Assembly (NCBI RefSeq): GCF_009914755.1
Contig: NC_060931.1
DNA: 64,000 nt
Source: the human T2T-CHM13v2.0 reference genome, Homo sapiens
Reading direction: 5' to 3' (one strand)
A program made the position numbers and the translations under genes. This document shows positions 1 through 11,042 of this stretch, one piece after another. Position 1 is the stretch's first letter, and each line of letters starts with the position of its first letter. Under the pieces are notes generated by a model. That model was not told the origin of the DNA, did not search any database, and saw nothing but the letters and a program-made list of their open reading frames with translations.

Positions 1-46
1 CTCTGCTTGTTATGTCTGCAAGTGGATATTTGGACCTCTTTGAGGC

Positions 47-63
47 CTTCGTTGCAAACGGGG
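47..63 (+). promoter_or_regulatory. CENP-B box, variant form CTTCGTTGCAAACGGGG (one per HOR)
   Basis: Retains all nine core bases of nTTCGnnnnAnnCGGGn and differs from the canonical box only at non-core positions 9 and 17. Confidence 0.92.
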
Positions 64-122
64 TTTCTTCCTTTCATGCTAGACTAAGATGAGTTCTCAG
101 TAACTTTTTTGTGTTGTGTGTA

Positions 123-141
123 TTCAACTCACAGAGTTGAA
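123..141. repeat. Short perfect inverted repeat TTCAACTC-ACA-GAGTTGAA, one per HOR, with weaker versions in the other monomers
   Basis: TTCAACTC is the reverse complement of GAGTTGAA, giving an 8-bp stem and 3-nt loop. Confidence 0.85.
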
Positions 142-388
142 CCTTGCTTTAGAGAGAGCAGATTTGAAACACTCTTGCTGTGGCATTTTCAGGTGGAGAT
201 TTCAAGCGATTTGAGGACAATTGCAGAAAAGGAAATATCTTCGTATAATAACCAGACAGAATCATTCTCAGAAAGTGCTTTGTGATGTGTGCGTTCAACT
301 CACAGAGTTTAACCTTTCTTTTCATAGAGGAGTTTGGAAACACACTGTTTGTAAAGTCTGCAAGTGGATACATGGACCTGTTTGAGGC

Positions 389-405
389 CTTCGTTGGAAA
401 CGGGA
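389..405 (+). promoter_or_regulatory. CENP-B box, canonical CTTCGTTGGAAACGGGA (one per HOR)
   Basis: Exact match to the canonical 17-bp box. Confidence 0.98.
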
Positions 406-728
406 TTTCTTCATTGAATGCTAGACGGAAGAATTCTCAGTAAATTCTTTGTGTTGTGTGCATTCAACTCACAGAGTGGAACGTCCCTTTAGACAGAGCA
501 GATTTGAAACACTCTTTTTGCGGAATTTGCAAGTGGAGATTTCTAGCCATTTGATGCCAACAGTAGAAAGGGAAATATCTTCAAATAAAAACCAGACAGA
601 ATCATTCTCAGAAAATTCTTTGTGATGTGTGCGTTCAACTCACATAGTTTAACCTTTCTTTTCATAGAGCAGTTTGGAAACACTCTGTTTGTAAAGTCTG
701 CAAGTGGATATATGGACCGCATTGAGGC

Positions 729-745
729 CTTCGTTGGAAACGGGA
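729..745 (+). promoter_or_regulatory. CENP-B box, canonical CTTCGTTGGAAACGGGA (one per HOR, absent from the 4-mer variant)
   Basis: Exact match. About 188 box positions in the window in total (63 units x 3, minus 1). Confidence 0.98.
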
Positions 746-2432
746 TTTCTTCATTTCATGCTAGACAGAAGAATTCTCAGTAACTTCTTTGTGCTGTGTG
801 TATTCAACTCACAGAGTGGAACGTCCCTTTGCACAGAGCAGATTTGAAACACTCTTTTTGTGGAGTTTGCAAGTGGAGATTTCAAGCGATTTGATGCCAA
901 CAGTAGAAAAGGAAATATCTTCAAATAAAAACTAGACAGAATCATTCTCAGAAACTACTTTGTGATGTGTGCCTTCAACTCACAGAGTTCAACCTTTCTT
1001 TTCTTAGAGCAGTTTAGAAACACTCTGCTTGTTATGTCTGCAAGTGGATATTTGGACCTCTTTGAGGCCTTCGTTGCAAACGGGGTTTCTTCCTTTCATG
1101 CTAGACTAAGAAGAGTTCTCAGTAACTTTTTTGTGTTGTGTGTATTCAACTCACAGAGTTGAACCTTGCTTTAGAGAGAGCAGATTTGAAACACTCTTGC
1201 TGTGGCATTTTCAGGTGGAGATTTCAAGCGATTTGAGGACAATTGCAGAAAAGGAAATATCTTCGTATAATAACCAGACAGAATCATTCTCAGAAAGTGC
1301 TTTGTGATGTGTGCGTTCAACTCACAGAGTTTAACCTTTCTTTTCATAGAGGAGTTTGGAAACACACTGTTTGTAAAGTCTGCAAGTGGATACATGGACC
1401 TGTTTGAGGCCTTCGTTGGAAACGGGATTTCTTCATTGAATGCTAGACGGAAGAATTCTCAGTAAATTCTTTGTGTTGTGTGCATTCAACTCACAGAGTG
1501 GAACGTCCCTTTAGACAGAGCAGATTTGAAACACTCTTTTTGCGGAATTTGCAAGTGGAGATTTCTAGCCATTTGATGCCAACAGTAGAAAGGGAAATAT
1601 CTTCAAATAAAAACCAGACAGAATCATTCTCAGAAAATTCTTTGTGATGTGTGCGTTCAACTCACATAGTTTAACCTTTCTTTTCATAGAGCAGTTTGGA
1701 AACACTCTGTTTGTAAAGTCTGCAAGTGGATATATGGACCGCATTGAGGCCTTCGTTGGAAACGGGATTTCTTCATTTCATGCTAGACAGAAGAATTCTC
1801 AGTAACTTCTTTGTGCTGTGTGTATTCAACTCACAGAGTGGAACGTCCCTTTGCACAGAGCAGATTTGAAACACTCTTTTTGTGGAGTTTGCAAGTGGAG
1901 ATTTCAAGCGATTTGATGCCAACAGTAGAAAAGGAAATATCTTCAAATAAAAACTAGACAGAATCATTCTCAGAAACTACTTTGTGATGTGTGCCTTCAA
2001 CTCACAGAGTTCAACCTTTCTTTTCTTAGAGCAGTTTAGAAACACTCTGCTTGTTATGTCTGCAAGTGGATATTTGGACCTCTTTGAGGCCTTCGTTGCA
2101 AACGGGGTTTCTTCCTTTCATGCTAGACTAAGAAGAGTTCTCAGTAACTTTTTTGTGTTGTGTGTATTCAACTCACAGAGTTGAACCTTGCTTTAGAGAG
2201 AGCAGATTTGAAACACTCTTGCTGTGGCATTTTCAGGTGGAGATTTCAAGCGATTTGAGGACAATTGCAGAAAAGGAAATATCTTCGTATAATAACCAGA
2301 CAGAATCATTCTCAGAAAGTGCTTTGTGATGTGTGCGTTCAACTCACAGAGTTTAACCTTTCTTTTCATAGAGGAGTTTGGAAACACACTGTTTGTAAAG
2401 TCTGCAAGTGGATACATGGACCTGTTTGAGGC

Positions 2433-2449
2433 CATCGTTGGAAACGGGA
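2433..2449 (+). promoter_or_regulatory. Mutated CENP-B box CATCGTTGGAAACGGGA, predicted non-binding
   Basis: T>A at 2434, core position 2. Confidence 0.85.
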
Positions 2450-3005
2450 TTTCTTCATTGAATGCTAGACGGAAGAATTCTCAGTAAATTCTTTGTGTTG
2501 TGTGCATTCAACTCACAGAGTGGAACGTCCCTTTAGACAGAGCAGATTTGAAACACTCTTTTTGCGGAATTTGCAAGTGGAGATTTCTAGCCATTTGATG
2601 CCAACAGTAGAAAGGGAAATATCTTCAAATAAAAACCAGACAGAATCATTCTCAGAAAATTCTTTGTGATGTGTGCGTTCAACTCACATAGTTTAACCTT
2701 TCTTTTCATAGAGCAGTTTGGAAACACTCTGTTTGTAAAGTCTGCAAGTGGATATATGGACCGCATTGAGGCCTTCGTTGGAAACGGGATTTCTTCATTT
2801 CATGCTAGACAGAAGAATTCTCAGTAACTTCTTTGTGCTGTGTGTATTCAACTCACAGAGTGGAACGTCCCTTTGCACAGAGCAGATTTGAAACACTCTT
2901 TTTGTGGAGTTTGCAAGTGGAGATTTCAAGCGATTTGATGCCAACAGTAGAAAAGGAAATATCTTCAAATAAAAACTAGACAGAATCATTCTCAGAAACT
3001 ACTTT

Positions 3006-3687
3006 GTGATGTGTGCCTTCAACTCACAGAGTTCAACCTTTCTTTTCTTAGAGCAGTTTAGAAACATTCTGCTTGTTATGTCTGCAAGTGGATATTTGGA
3101 CCTCTTTGAGGCCTTCGTTGCAAACGGGGTTTCTTCCTTTCATGCTAGACTAAGAAGAGTTCTCAGTAACTTTTTTGTGTTGTGTGTATTCAACTCACAG
3201 AGTTGAACCTTGCTTTAGAGAGAGCAGATTTGAAACACTCTTGCTGTGGCATTTTCAGGTGGAGATTTCAAGCGATTTGAGGACAATTGCAGAAAAGGAA
3301 ATATCTTCGTATAATAACCAGACAGAATCATTCTCAGAAAGTGCTTTGTGATGTGTGCGTTCAACTCACAGAGTTTAACCTTTCTTTTCATAGAGGAGTT
3401 TGGAAACACACTGTTTGTAAAGTCTGCAAGTGGATACATGGACCTGTTTGAGGCCTTCGTTGGAAACGGGATTTCTTCATTGAATGCTAGACGGAAGAAT
3501 TCTCAGTAAATTCTTTGTGTTGTGTGCATTCAACTCACAGAGTGGAACGTCCCTTTAGACAGAGCAGATTTGAAACACTCTTTTTGCGGAATCTGCAAGT
3601 GGAGATTTCTAGCCATTTGATGCCAACAGTAGAAAGGGAAATATCTTCAAATAAAAACTAGACAAAATCATTCTCAGAAAATTCTTT
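3006..3687 (+). repeat. 4-mer HOR structural variant (682 bp), one 340-bp dimer deleted
   Basis: Anchor spacing 3006 to 3688 is 682 instead of 1022. The GGACCGCATTGAGG box monomer and the following GTGGAGTTTG monomer are missing. Confidence 0.97.
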
Positions 3688-5731
3688 GTGATGTGTGCCT
3701 TCAACTCACAGAGTTTAACCTTTCTTTTCTTAGAGCAGTTTAGAAACACTCTGCTTGTTACGTCTGCAAGTGGATATTTGGACCTCTTTGAGGCCTTCGT
3801 TGCAAACGGGGTTTCTTCCTTTCATGCTAGACTAAGAAGAGTTCTCAGTAACTTTTTTGTGTTGTGTGTATTCAACTCACAGAGTTGAACCTTGCTTTAG
3901 AGAGAGCAGATTTGAAACACTCTTGCTGTGGCATTTTCAGGTGGAGATTTCAAGCGATTTGAGGACAATTGCAGAAAAGGAAATATCTTCGTATAATAAC
4001 CAGACAGAATCATTCTCAGAAAGTGCTTTGTGATGTGTGCGTTCAACTCACAGAGTTTAACCTTTCTTTTCATAGAGGAGTTTGGAAACACACTGTTTGT
4101 AAAGACTGCAAGTGGATATATGGACCTGTTTGAGGCCTTCGTTGGAAACGGGATTTCTTCATTGAATGCTAGACGGAAGAATTCTCAGTAAATTCTGTGT
4201 GTTGTGTGCATTCAACTCACAGAGTGGAACGTCCCTTTAGACAGAGCAGATTTGAAACACTCTTTTTGCGGAATTTGCAAGTGGAGATTTCTAGCCATTT
4301 GATGCCAACAGTAGAAAGGGAAATATCTTCAAATAAAAACCAGACAGAATCATTCTCAGAAAATTCTTTGTGATGTGTGCGTTCAACTCACATAGTTTAA
4401 CCTTTCTTTTCATAGAGCAGTTTGGAAACACTCTGTTTGTAAAGTCTGCAAGTGGATATATGGACCGCATTGAGGCCTTCGTTGGAAACGGGATTTCTTC
4501 ATTTCATGCTAGACAGAAGAATTCTCAGTAACTTCTTTGTGCTGTGTGTATTCAACTCACAGAGTGGAACGTCCCTTTGCACAGAGCAGATTTGAAACAC
4601 TCTTTTTGTGGAGTTTGCAAGTGGAGATTTCAAGCGATTTGATGCCAACAGTAGAAAAGGAAATATCTTCAAATAAAAACTAGACAGAATCATTCTCAGA
4701 AACTACTTTGTGATGTGTGCCTTCAACTCACAGAGTTCAACCTTTCTTTTCTTAGAGCAGTTTAGAAACACTCTGCTTGTTATGTCTGCAAGTGGATACT
4801 TGGACCTCTTTGAGGCCTTCGTTGCAAACGGGGTTTCTTCCTTTCATGCTAGACTAAGAAGAGTTCTCAGTAACTTTTTTGTGTTGTGTGTATTCAACTC
4901 ACAGAGTTGAACCTTGCTTTAGAGAGAGCAGATTTGAAACACTCTTGCTGTGGCATTTTCAGGTGGAGATTTCAAGCGATTTGAGGACAATTGCAGAAAA
5001 GGAAATATCTTCGTATAACAACCAGACAGAATCATTCTCAGAAAGTGCTTTGTGATGTGTGCGTTCAACTCACAGAGTTTAACCTTTCTTTTCATAGAGG
5101 AGTTTGGAAACACACTGTTTGTAAAGTCTGCAAGTGGATACATGGACCTGTTTGAGGCCTTCGTTGGAAACGGGATTTCTTCATTGAATGCTAGACGGAA
5201 GAATTCTCAGTAAATTCTTTGTGTTGTGTGCATTCAACTCACAGAGTGGAACGTCCCTTTAGACAGAGCAGATTTGAAACACTCTTTTTGCGGAATTTGC
5301 AAGTGGAGATTTCTAGCCATTTGATGCCAACAGTAGAAAGGGAAATATCTTCAAATAAAAACCAGACAGAATCATTCTCAGAAAATTCTTTGTGATGTGG
5401 GCGTTCAACTCACATAGTTTAACCTTTCTTTTCATAGAGCAGTTTGGAAACACTCTGTTTGTAAAGTCTGCAAGTGGATATATGGACCGCATTGAGGCCT
5501 TCGTTGGAAACGGGATTTCTTCATTTCATGCTAGACAGAAGAATTCTCAGTAACTTCTTTGTGCTGTGTGTATTCAACTCACAGAGTGGAACGTCCCTTT
5601 GCACAGAGCAGATTTGAAACACTCTTTTTGTGGAGTTTGCAAGTGGAGATTTCAAGCGATTTGATGCCAACAGTAGAAAAGGAAATATCTTCAAATAAAA
5701 ACTAGACAGAATCATTCTCAGAAACTACTTT

Positions 5732-8700
5732 GTGATGTGTGCCTTCAACTCACAGAGTTTAACCTTTCTTTTCTTAGAGCAGTTTAGAAACACTCTGCTT
5801 GTTACGTCTGCAAGTGGATATTTGGACCTCTTTGAGGCCTTCGTTGCAAACGGGGTTTCTTCCTTTCATGCTAGACTAAGAAGAGTTCTCAGTAACTTTT
5901 TTGTGTTGTGTGTATTCAACTCACAGAGTTGAACCTTGCTTTAGAGAGAGCAGATTTGAAACACTCTTGCTGTGGCATTTTCAGGTGGAGATTTCAAGCG
6001 ATTTGAGGACAATTGCAGAAAAGGAAATATCTTCGTATAATAACCAGACAGAATCATTCTCAGAAAGTGCTTTGTGATGTGTGCGTTCAACTCACAGAGT
6101 TTAACTTTTCTTTTCATAGAGGAGTTTGGAAACACACTGTTTGTAAAGTCTGCAAGTGGATATATGGACCTGTTTGAGGCCTTCGTTGGAAACGGGATTT
6201 CTTCATTGAATGCTAGACGGAAGAATTCTCAGTAAATTCTTTGTGTTGTGTGCATTCAACTCACAGAGTGGAACGTCCCTTTAGACAGAGCAGATTTGAA
6301 ACACTCTTTTTGCGGAATTTGCAAGTGGAGATTTCTAGCCATTTGATGCCAACAGTAGAAAGGGAAATATCTTCAAATAAAAACCAGACAGAATCATTCT
6401 CAGAAAATTCTTTGTGATGTGTGCGTTCAACTCACATAGTTTAACCTTTCTTTTCATAGAGCAGTTTGGAAACACTCTGTTTGTAAAGTCTGCAAGTGGA
6501 TATATGGACCGCATTGAGGCCTTCGTTGGAAACGGGATTTCTTCATTTCATGCTAGACAGAAGAATTCTCAGTAACTTCTTTGTGCTGTGTGTATTCAAC
6601 TCACAGAGTGGAACGTCCCTTTGCACAGAGCAGATTTGAAACACTCTTTTTGTGGAGTTTGCAAGTGGAGATTTCAAGCGATTTGATGCCAACAGTAGAA
6701 AAGGAAATATCTTCAAATAAAAACTAGACAGAATCATTCTCAGAAACTACTTTGTGATGTGTGCCTTCAACTCACAGAGTTTAACCTTTCTTTTCTTAGA
6801 GCAGTTTAGAAACACTCTGCTTGTTATGTCTGCAAGTGGATATTTGGACCTCTTTGAGGCCTTCGTTGCAAACGGGGTTTCTTCCTTTCATGCTAGACTA
6901 AGAAGAGTTCTCAGTAACTTTTTTGTGTTGTGTGTATTCAACTCACAGAGTTGAACCTTGCTTTAGAGAGAGCAGATTTGAAACACTCTTGCTGTGGCAT
7001 TTTCAGGTGGAGATTTCAAGCGATTTGAGGACAATTGCAGAAAAGGAAATATCTTCGTATAATAACCAGACAGAATCATTCTCAGAAAGTGCTTTGTGAT
7101 GTGTGCGTTCAACTCACAGAGTTTAACCTTTCTTTTCATAGAGGAGTTTGGAAACACAGTTTGTAAAGTGTGCAAGTGGATATATGGACCTGTTTGAGGC
7201 CTTCGTTGGAAACGGGATTTCTTCATTGAATGCTAGACGGAAGAATTCTCAGTAAATTCTTTGTGTTGTGTGCATTCAACTCACAGAGTGGAACGTCCCT
7301 TTAGACAGAGCAGATTTGAAACACTCTTTTTGCGGAATTTGCAAGTGGAGATTTCTAGCCATTTGATGCCAACAGTAGAAAGGGAAATATCTTCACATAA
7401 AAACCAGACAGAATCATTCTCAGAAAATTCTTTGTGATGTGTGCGTTCAACTCACATAGTTTAACCTTTCTTTTCATAGAGCAGTTTGGAAACACTCTGT
7501 TTGTAAAGTCTGCAAGTGGATATATGGACCGCATTGAGGCCTTCGTTGGAAACGGGATTTCTTCATTTCATGCTAGACAGAAGAATTCTCAGTAACTTCT
7601 TTGTGCTGTGTGTATTCAACTCACAGAGTGGAACGTCCCTTTGCACAGAGCAGATTTGAAACACTCTTTTTGTGGAGTTTGCAAGTGGAGATTTCAAGCG
7701 ATTTGATGCCAACAGTAGAAAAGGAAATATCTTCAAATAAAAACTAGACAGAATCATTCTCAGAAACTACTTTGTGATGTGTGCCTTCAACTCACAGAGT
7801 TTAACCTTTCTTTTCTTAGAGCAGTTTAGAAACACTCTGCTTGTTACGTCTGCAAGTGGATATTTGGACCTCTTTGAGGCCTTCGTTGCAAACGGGGTTT
7901 CTTCCTTTCATGCTAGACTAAGAAGAGTTCTCAGTAACTTTTTTGTGTTGTGTGTATTCAACTCACAGAGTTGAACCTTGCTTTAGAGAGAGCAGATTTG
8001 AAACACTCTTGCTGTGGCATTTTCAGGTGGAGATTTCAAGCGATTTGAGGACAATTGCAGAAAAGGAAATATCTTCGTATAATAACCAGACAGAATCATT
8101 CTCAGAAAGTGCTTTGTGATGTGTGCGTTCAACTCACAGAGTTTAACTTTTCTTTTCATAGAGGAGTTTGGAAACACACTGTTTGTAAAGTCTGCAAGTG
8201 GATATATGGACCTGTTTGAGGCCTTCGTTGGAAACGGGATTTCTTCATTGAATGCTAGACGGAAGAATTCTCAGTAAATTCTTTGTGTTGTGTGCATTCA
8301 ACTCACAGAGTGGAACGTCCCTTTAGACAGAGCAGATTTGAAACACTCTTTTTGCGGAATTTGCAAGTGGAGATTTCTAGCCATTTGATGCCAACAGTAG
8401 AAAGGGAAATATCTTCAAATAAAAACCAGACAGAATCATTCTCAGAAAATTCTTTGTGATGTGTGCGTTCAACTCACATAGTTTAACCTTTCTTTTCATA
8501 GAGCAGTTTGGAAACACTCTGTTTGTAAAGTCTGCAAGTGGATATATGGACCGCATTGAGGCCTTCGTTGGAAACGGGATTTCTTCATTTCATGCTAGAC
8601 AGAAGAATTCTCAGTAACTTCTTTGTGCTGTGTGTATTCAACTCACAGAGTGGAACGTCCCTTTGCACAGAGCAGATTTGAAACACTCTTTTTGTGGAGT

Positions 8701-9815
8701 TTGCAAGTGGAGATTTCAAGCGATTTGATGCCAACAGTAGAAAAGGAAATATCTTCAAATAAAAACTAGACAGAATCATTCTCAGAAACTACTTTGTGAT
8801 GTGTGCCTTCAACTCACAGAGTTTAACCTTTCTTTTCTTAGAGCAGTTTAGAAACACTCTGCTTGTTATGTCTGCAAGTGGATATTTGGACCTCTTTGAG
8901 GCCTTCGTTGCAAACGGGGTTTCTTCCTTTCATGCTAGACTAAGAAGAGTTCTCAGTAACTTTTTTGTGTTGTGTGTATTCAACTCACAGAGTTGAACCT
9001 TGCTTTAGAGAGAGCAGATTTGAAACACTCTTGCTGTGGCATTTTCAGGTGGAGATTTCAAGCGATTTGAGGACAATTGCAGAAAAGGAAATATCTTCGT
9101 ATAATAACCAGACAGAATCATTCTCAGAAAGTGCTTTGTGATGTGTGCGTTCAACTCACAGAGTTTAACCTTTCTTTTCATAGAGGAGTTTGGAAACACA
9201 GTTTGTAAAGTGTGCAAGTGGATATATGGACCTGTTTGAGGCCTTCGTTGGAAACGGGATTTCTTCATTGAATGCTAGACGGAAGAATTCTCAGTAAATT
9301 CTTTGTGTTGTGTGCATTCAACTCACAGAGTGGAACGTCCCTTTAGACAGAGCAGATTTGAAACACTCTTTTTGCGGAATTTGCAAGTGGAGATTTCTAG
9401 CCATTTGATGCCAACAGTAGAAAGGGAAATATCTTCACATAAAAACCAGACAGAATCATTCTCAGAAAATTCTTTGTGATGTGTGCGTTCAACTCACATA
9501 GTTTAACCTTTCTTTTCATAGAGCAGTTTGGAAACACTCTGTTTGTAAAGTCTGCAAGTGGATATATGGACCGCATTGAGGCCTTCGTTGGAAACGGGAT
9601 TTCTTCATTTCATGCTAGACAGAAGAATTCTCAGTAACTTCTTTGTGCTGTGTGTATTCAACTCACAGAGTGGAACGTCCCTTTGCACAGAGCAGATTTG
9701 AAACACTCTTTTTGTGGAGTTTGCAAGTGGAGATTTCAAGCGATTTGATGCCAACAGTAGAAAAGGAAATATCTTCAAATAAAAACTAGACAGAATCATT
9801 CTCAGAAACTACTTT
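5732..9815 (+). repeat. Tandem duplication of a 2-HOR block, period 2042 bp (ends approximate)
   Basis: Paired rare variants at 6106/8148, CT deletion 7158/9200, 7170/9212 and 7396/9438. Confidence 0.93.
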
Positions 9816-11042
9816 GTGATGTGTGCCTTCAACTCACAGAGTTTAACCTTTCTTTTCTTAGAGCCGTTTAGAAACACTGCTTGTTATGTCTGCAAGTGGA
9901 TATTTGGACCTCTTTGAGGCCTTCGTTGCAAACGGGGTTTCTTCCTTTCATGCTAGACTAAGAAGAGTTCTCAGTAACTTTTTTGTGTTGTGTGTATTCA
10001 ACTCACAGAGTTGAACCTTGCTTTAGAGAGAGCAGATTTGAAACACTCTTGCTGTGGCATTTTCAGGTGGAGATTTCAAGCGATTTGAGGACAATTGCAG
10101 AAAAGGGAATATCTTCGTATAATAACCAGACAGAATCATTCTCAGAAAGTGCTTTGTGATGTGTGCGTTCAACTCACAGAGTTTAACCTTTCTTTTCATA
10201 GAGGAGTTTGGAAACACACTGTTTGTAAAGTCTGCAAGTGGATACATGGACCTGTTTGAGGCCTTCGTTGGAAACGGGATTTCTTCATTGAATGCTAGAC
10301 GGAAGAATTCTCAGTAAATTCTTTGTGTTGTGTGCATTCAACTCACAGAGTGGAACGTCCCTTTAGACAGAGCAGATTTGAAACACTCTTTTTGCGGAAT
10401 TTGCAAGTGGAGATTTCTAGCCATTTGATGCCAACAGTAGAAAGGGAAATATCTTCAAATAAAAACCAGACAGAATCATTCTCAGAAAATTCTTTGTGAT
10501 GTGTGCGTTCAACTCACATAGTTTAACCTTTCTTTTCATAGAGCAGTTTGGAAACACTCTGTTTGTAAAGTCTGCAAGTGGATATATGGACCGCATTGAG
10601 GCCTTCGTTGGAAACGGGATTTCTTCATTTCATGCTAGACAGAAGAATTCTCAGTAACTTCTTTGTGCTGTGTGTATTCAACTCACAGAGTGGAACGTCC
10701 CTTTGCACAGAGCAGATTTGAAACACTCTTTTTGTGGAGTTTGCAAGTGGAGATTTCAAGCGATTTGATGCCAACAGTAGAAAAGGAAATATCTTCAAAT
10801 AAAAACTAGACAGAATCATTCTCAGAAACTACTTTGTGATGTGTGCCTTCAACTCACAGAGTTTAACCTTTCTTTTCTTAGAGCAGTTTAGAAACACTCT
10901 GCTTGTTATGTCTGCAAGCGGATATTTGGACCTCTTTGAGGCCTTCGTTGCAAACGGGGTTTCTTCCTTTCATGCTAGACTAAGAAGAGTTCTCAGTAAC
11001 TTTTTTGTGTTGTGTGTATTCAACTCACAGAGTTGAACCTTG

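Larger units (their letters stand above)
1..1022 (+). repeat. Representative HOR unit: three dimers of 342, 340 and 340 bp
   Basis: CENP-B boxes start at 47, 389, 729 and 1069. The extra 2 bp lie in CTAGACTAAGAAGAGTTCTC versus CTAGACAGAAGAATTCTC, which also removes the third EcoRI site. Confidence 0.97.

Noticed and set aside
895-916. pJ-alpha protein-binding motif in the box-less monomers
   Set aside because: The position is homologous (CAACAGTAGAAAAGGAA), but it departs from the consensus as I recall it and there is no evidence of function, so it is not annotated.
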